Shown in pieces: positions 63,740 through 64,000 of a stretch of DNA of 64,000 bases. Origin of the DNA: Acidobacteriota bacterium. GTDB taxonomy: Bacteria; Acidobacteriota; Thermoanaerobaculia; UBA5066; Gp7-AA6. Numbering within the stretch: the first letter of the stretch is position 1; each line of letters starts with the position of its first letter. Made by a program: the position numbers and the translations under genes. The stretch covers positions 4,611 through 68,610 of the forward strand of contig DAHUXD010000054.1 in the NCBI GenBank assembly GCA_027307335.1. Reading direction: 5' to 3'. The notes below the pieces were generated by a model. That model was not told the DNA's origin, ran no database searches, and saw only the letters and a program-made list of their open reading frames with translations.

Positions 63740-64000
63740 CTAAGGGTGGGACGGGACGGCGACGCCGCGAGACGGTGTGTCGTACCGGGCGACGAGATCG
63801 TCGGGCAGGTGCGCCAGATCGGTGCCGCGGAGGTAGTCGCGTAGCGTCGTTCCCGTACAGGCCGAGTCGACGTTGGCGGCACCGCGCCCGGCCCGAACGT
63901 CGTCGATGTTGACCAGTCGAAAGTCGATCGAGAAGCGCGTCTTCCCCGAGGTGTTGGGCACGGTTGAGTGCATTTGCGCGCCGGAAAACATGATCAGGCC
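63740..64000 (-). CDS. 3'-partial of a phytanoyl-CoA dioxygenase (PhyH)-like protein continuing beyond the window end
   Basis: Weak: C-terminal ...HSTVPNTSGKTRFSIDFR pattern. Confidence 0.25.
   Translation of the reverse strand, partial: GLIMFSGAQMHSTVPNTSGKTRFSIDFRLVNIDDVRAGRGAANVDSACTGTTLRDYLRGTDLAHLPDDLVARYDTPSRGVAVPSHP

Overview
This is a 64-kb, roughly 70% GC bacterial chromosomal segment that is densely coding, with few intergenic gaps longer than 100 bp. I infer an Acidobacteria-like origin from five paralogous ADOP-type (duplicated FtsX/MacB-like) ABC permeases plus a PadR-ADOP pair. The first 23 kb is largely conserved housekeeping synteny: htrA, a sigma-54 response regulator, pyrE, a LOG-family gene, two tandem tRNA-Val genes, thrS-infC-rpmI-rplT-pheS-pheT, zapB-like, zapA, rny, a ymdB-like gene, a GT2 gene, xseA-xseB-ispA, alcohol dehydrogenases and a nucleotidyltransferase. 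The middle carries a 1019-aa fused kinase / M23 peptidase / class-III aminotransferase gene divergent from a NifS-like class-V aminotransferase gene, then a methyltransferase, tlyA, nadK, tamB-Omp85(bamA)-fmdB, and a tightly coupled minus-strand run coaE / BNR-repeat / MoaD-ThiS-like / MiaE-like / GT-A-like. The last 20 kb is a PadR-ADOP pair, a DinB-like gene, and a 16-kb all-minus-strand block: macA-like adaptor, ABC ATPase, three tandem ADOP permeases, a deletion remnant, a second ATPase, a fourth ADOP, msrB, and a sigma-54 NtrC-like regulator with its histidine kinase. The most notable observation is two paralogous Bcp-type peroxiredoxin genes (about 16.0-16.5 kb and 21.7-22.2 kb) that each have an in-frame TGA exactly at the peroxidatic-cysteine position, followed by a local hairpin. 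These are best read as selenocysteine-containing peroxiredoxins that the stop-delimited ORF track split or dropped. No selenocysteine machinery (selABD, tRNA-Sec) is visible in the window. Many long ORFs in the supplied track are antisense or out-of-frame high-GC shadow ORFs and were not called.
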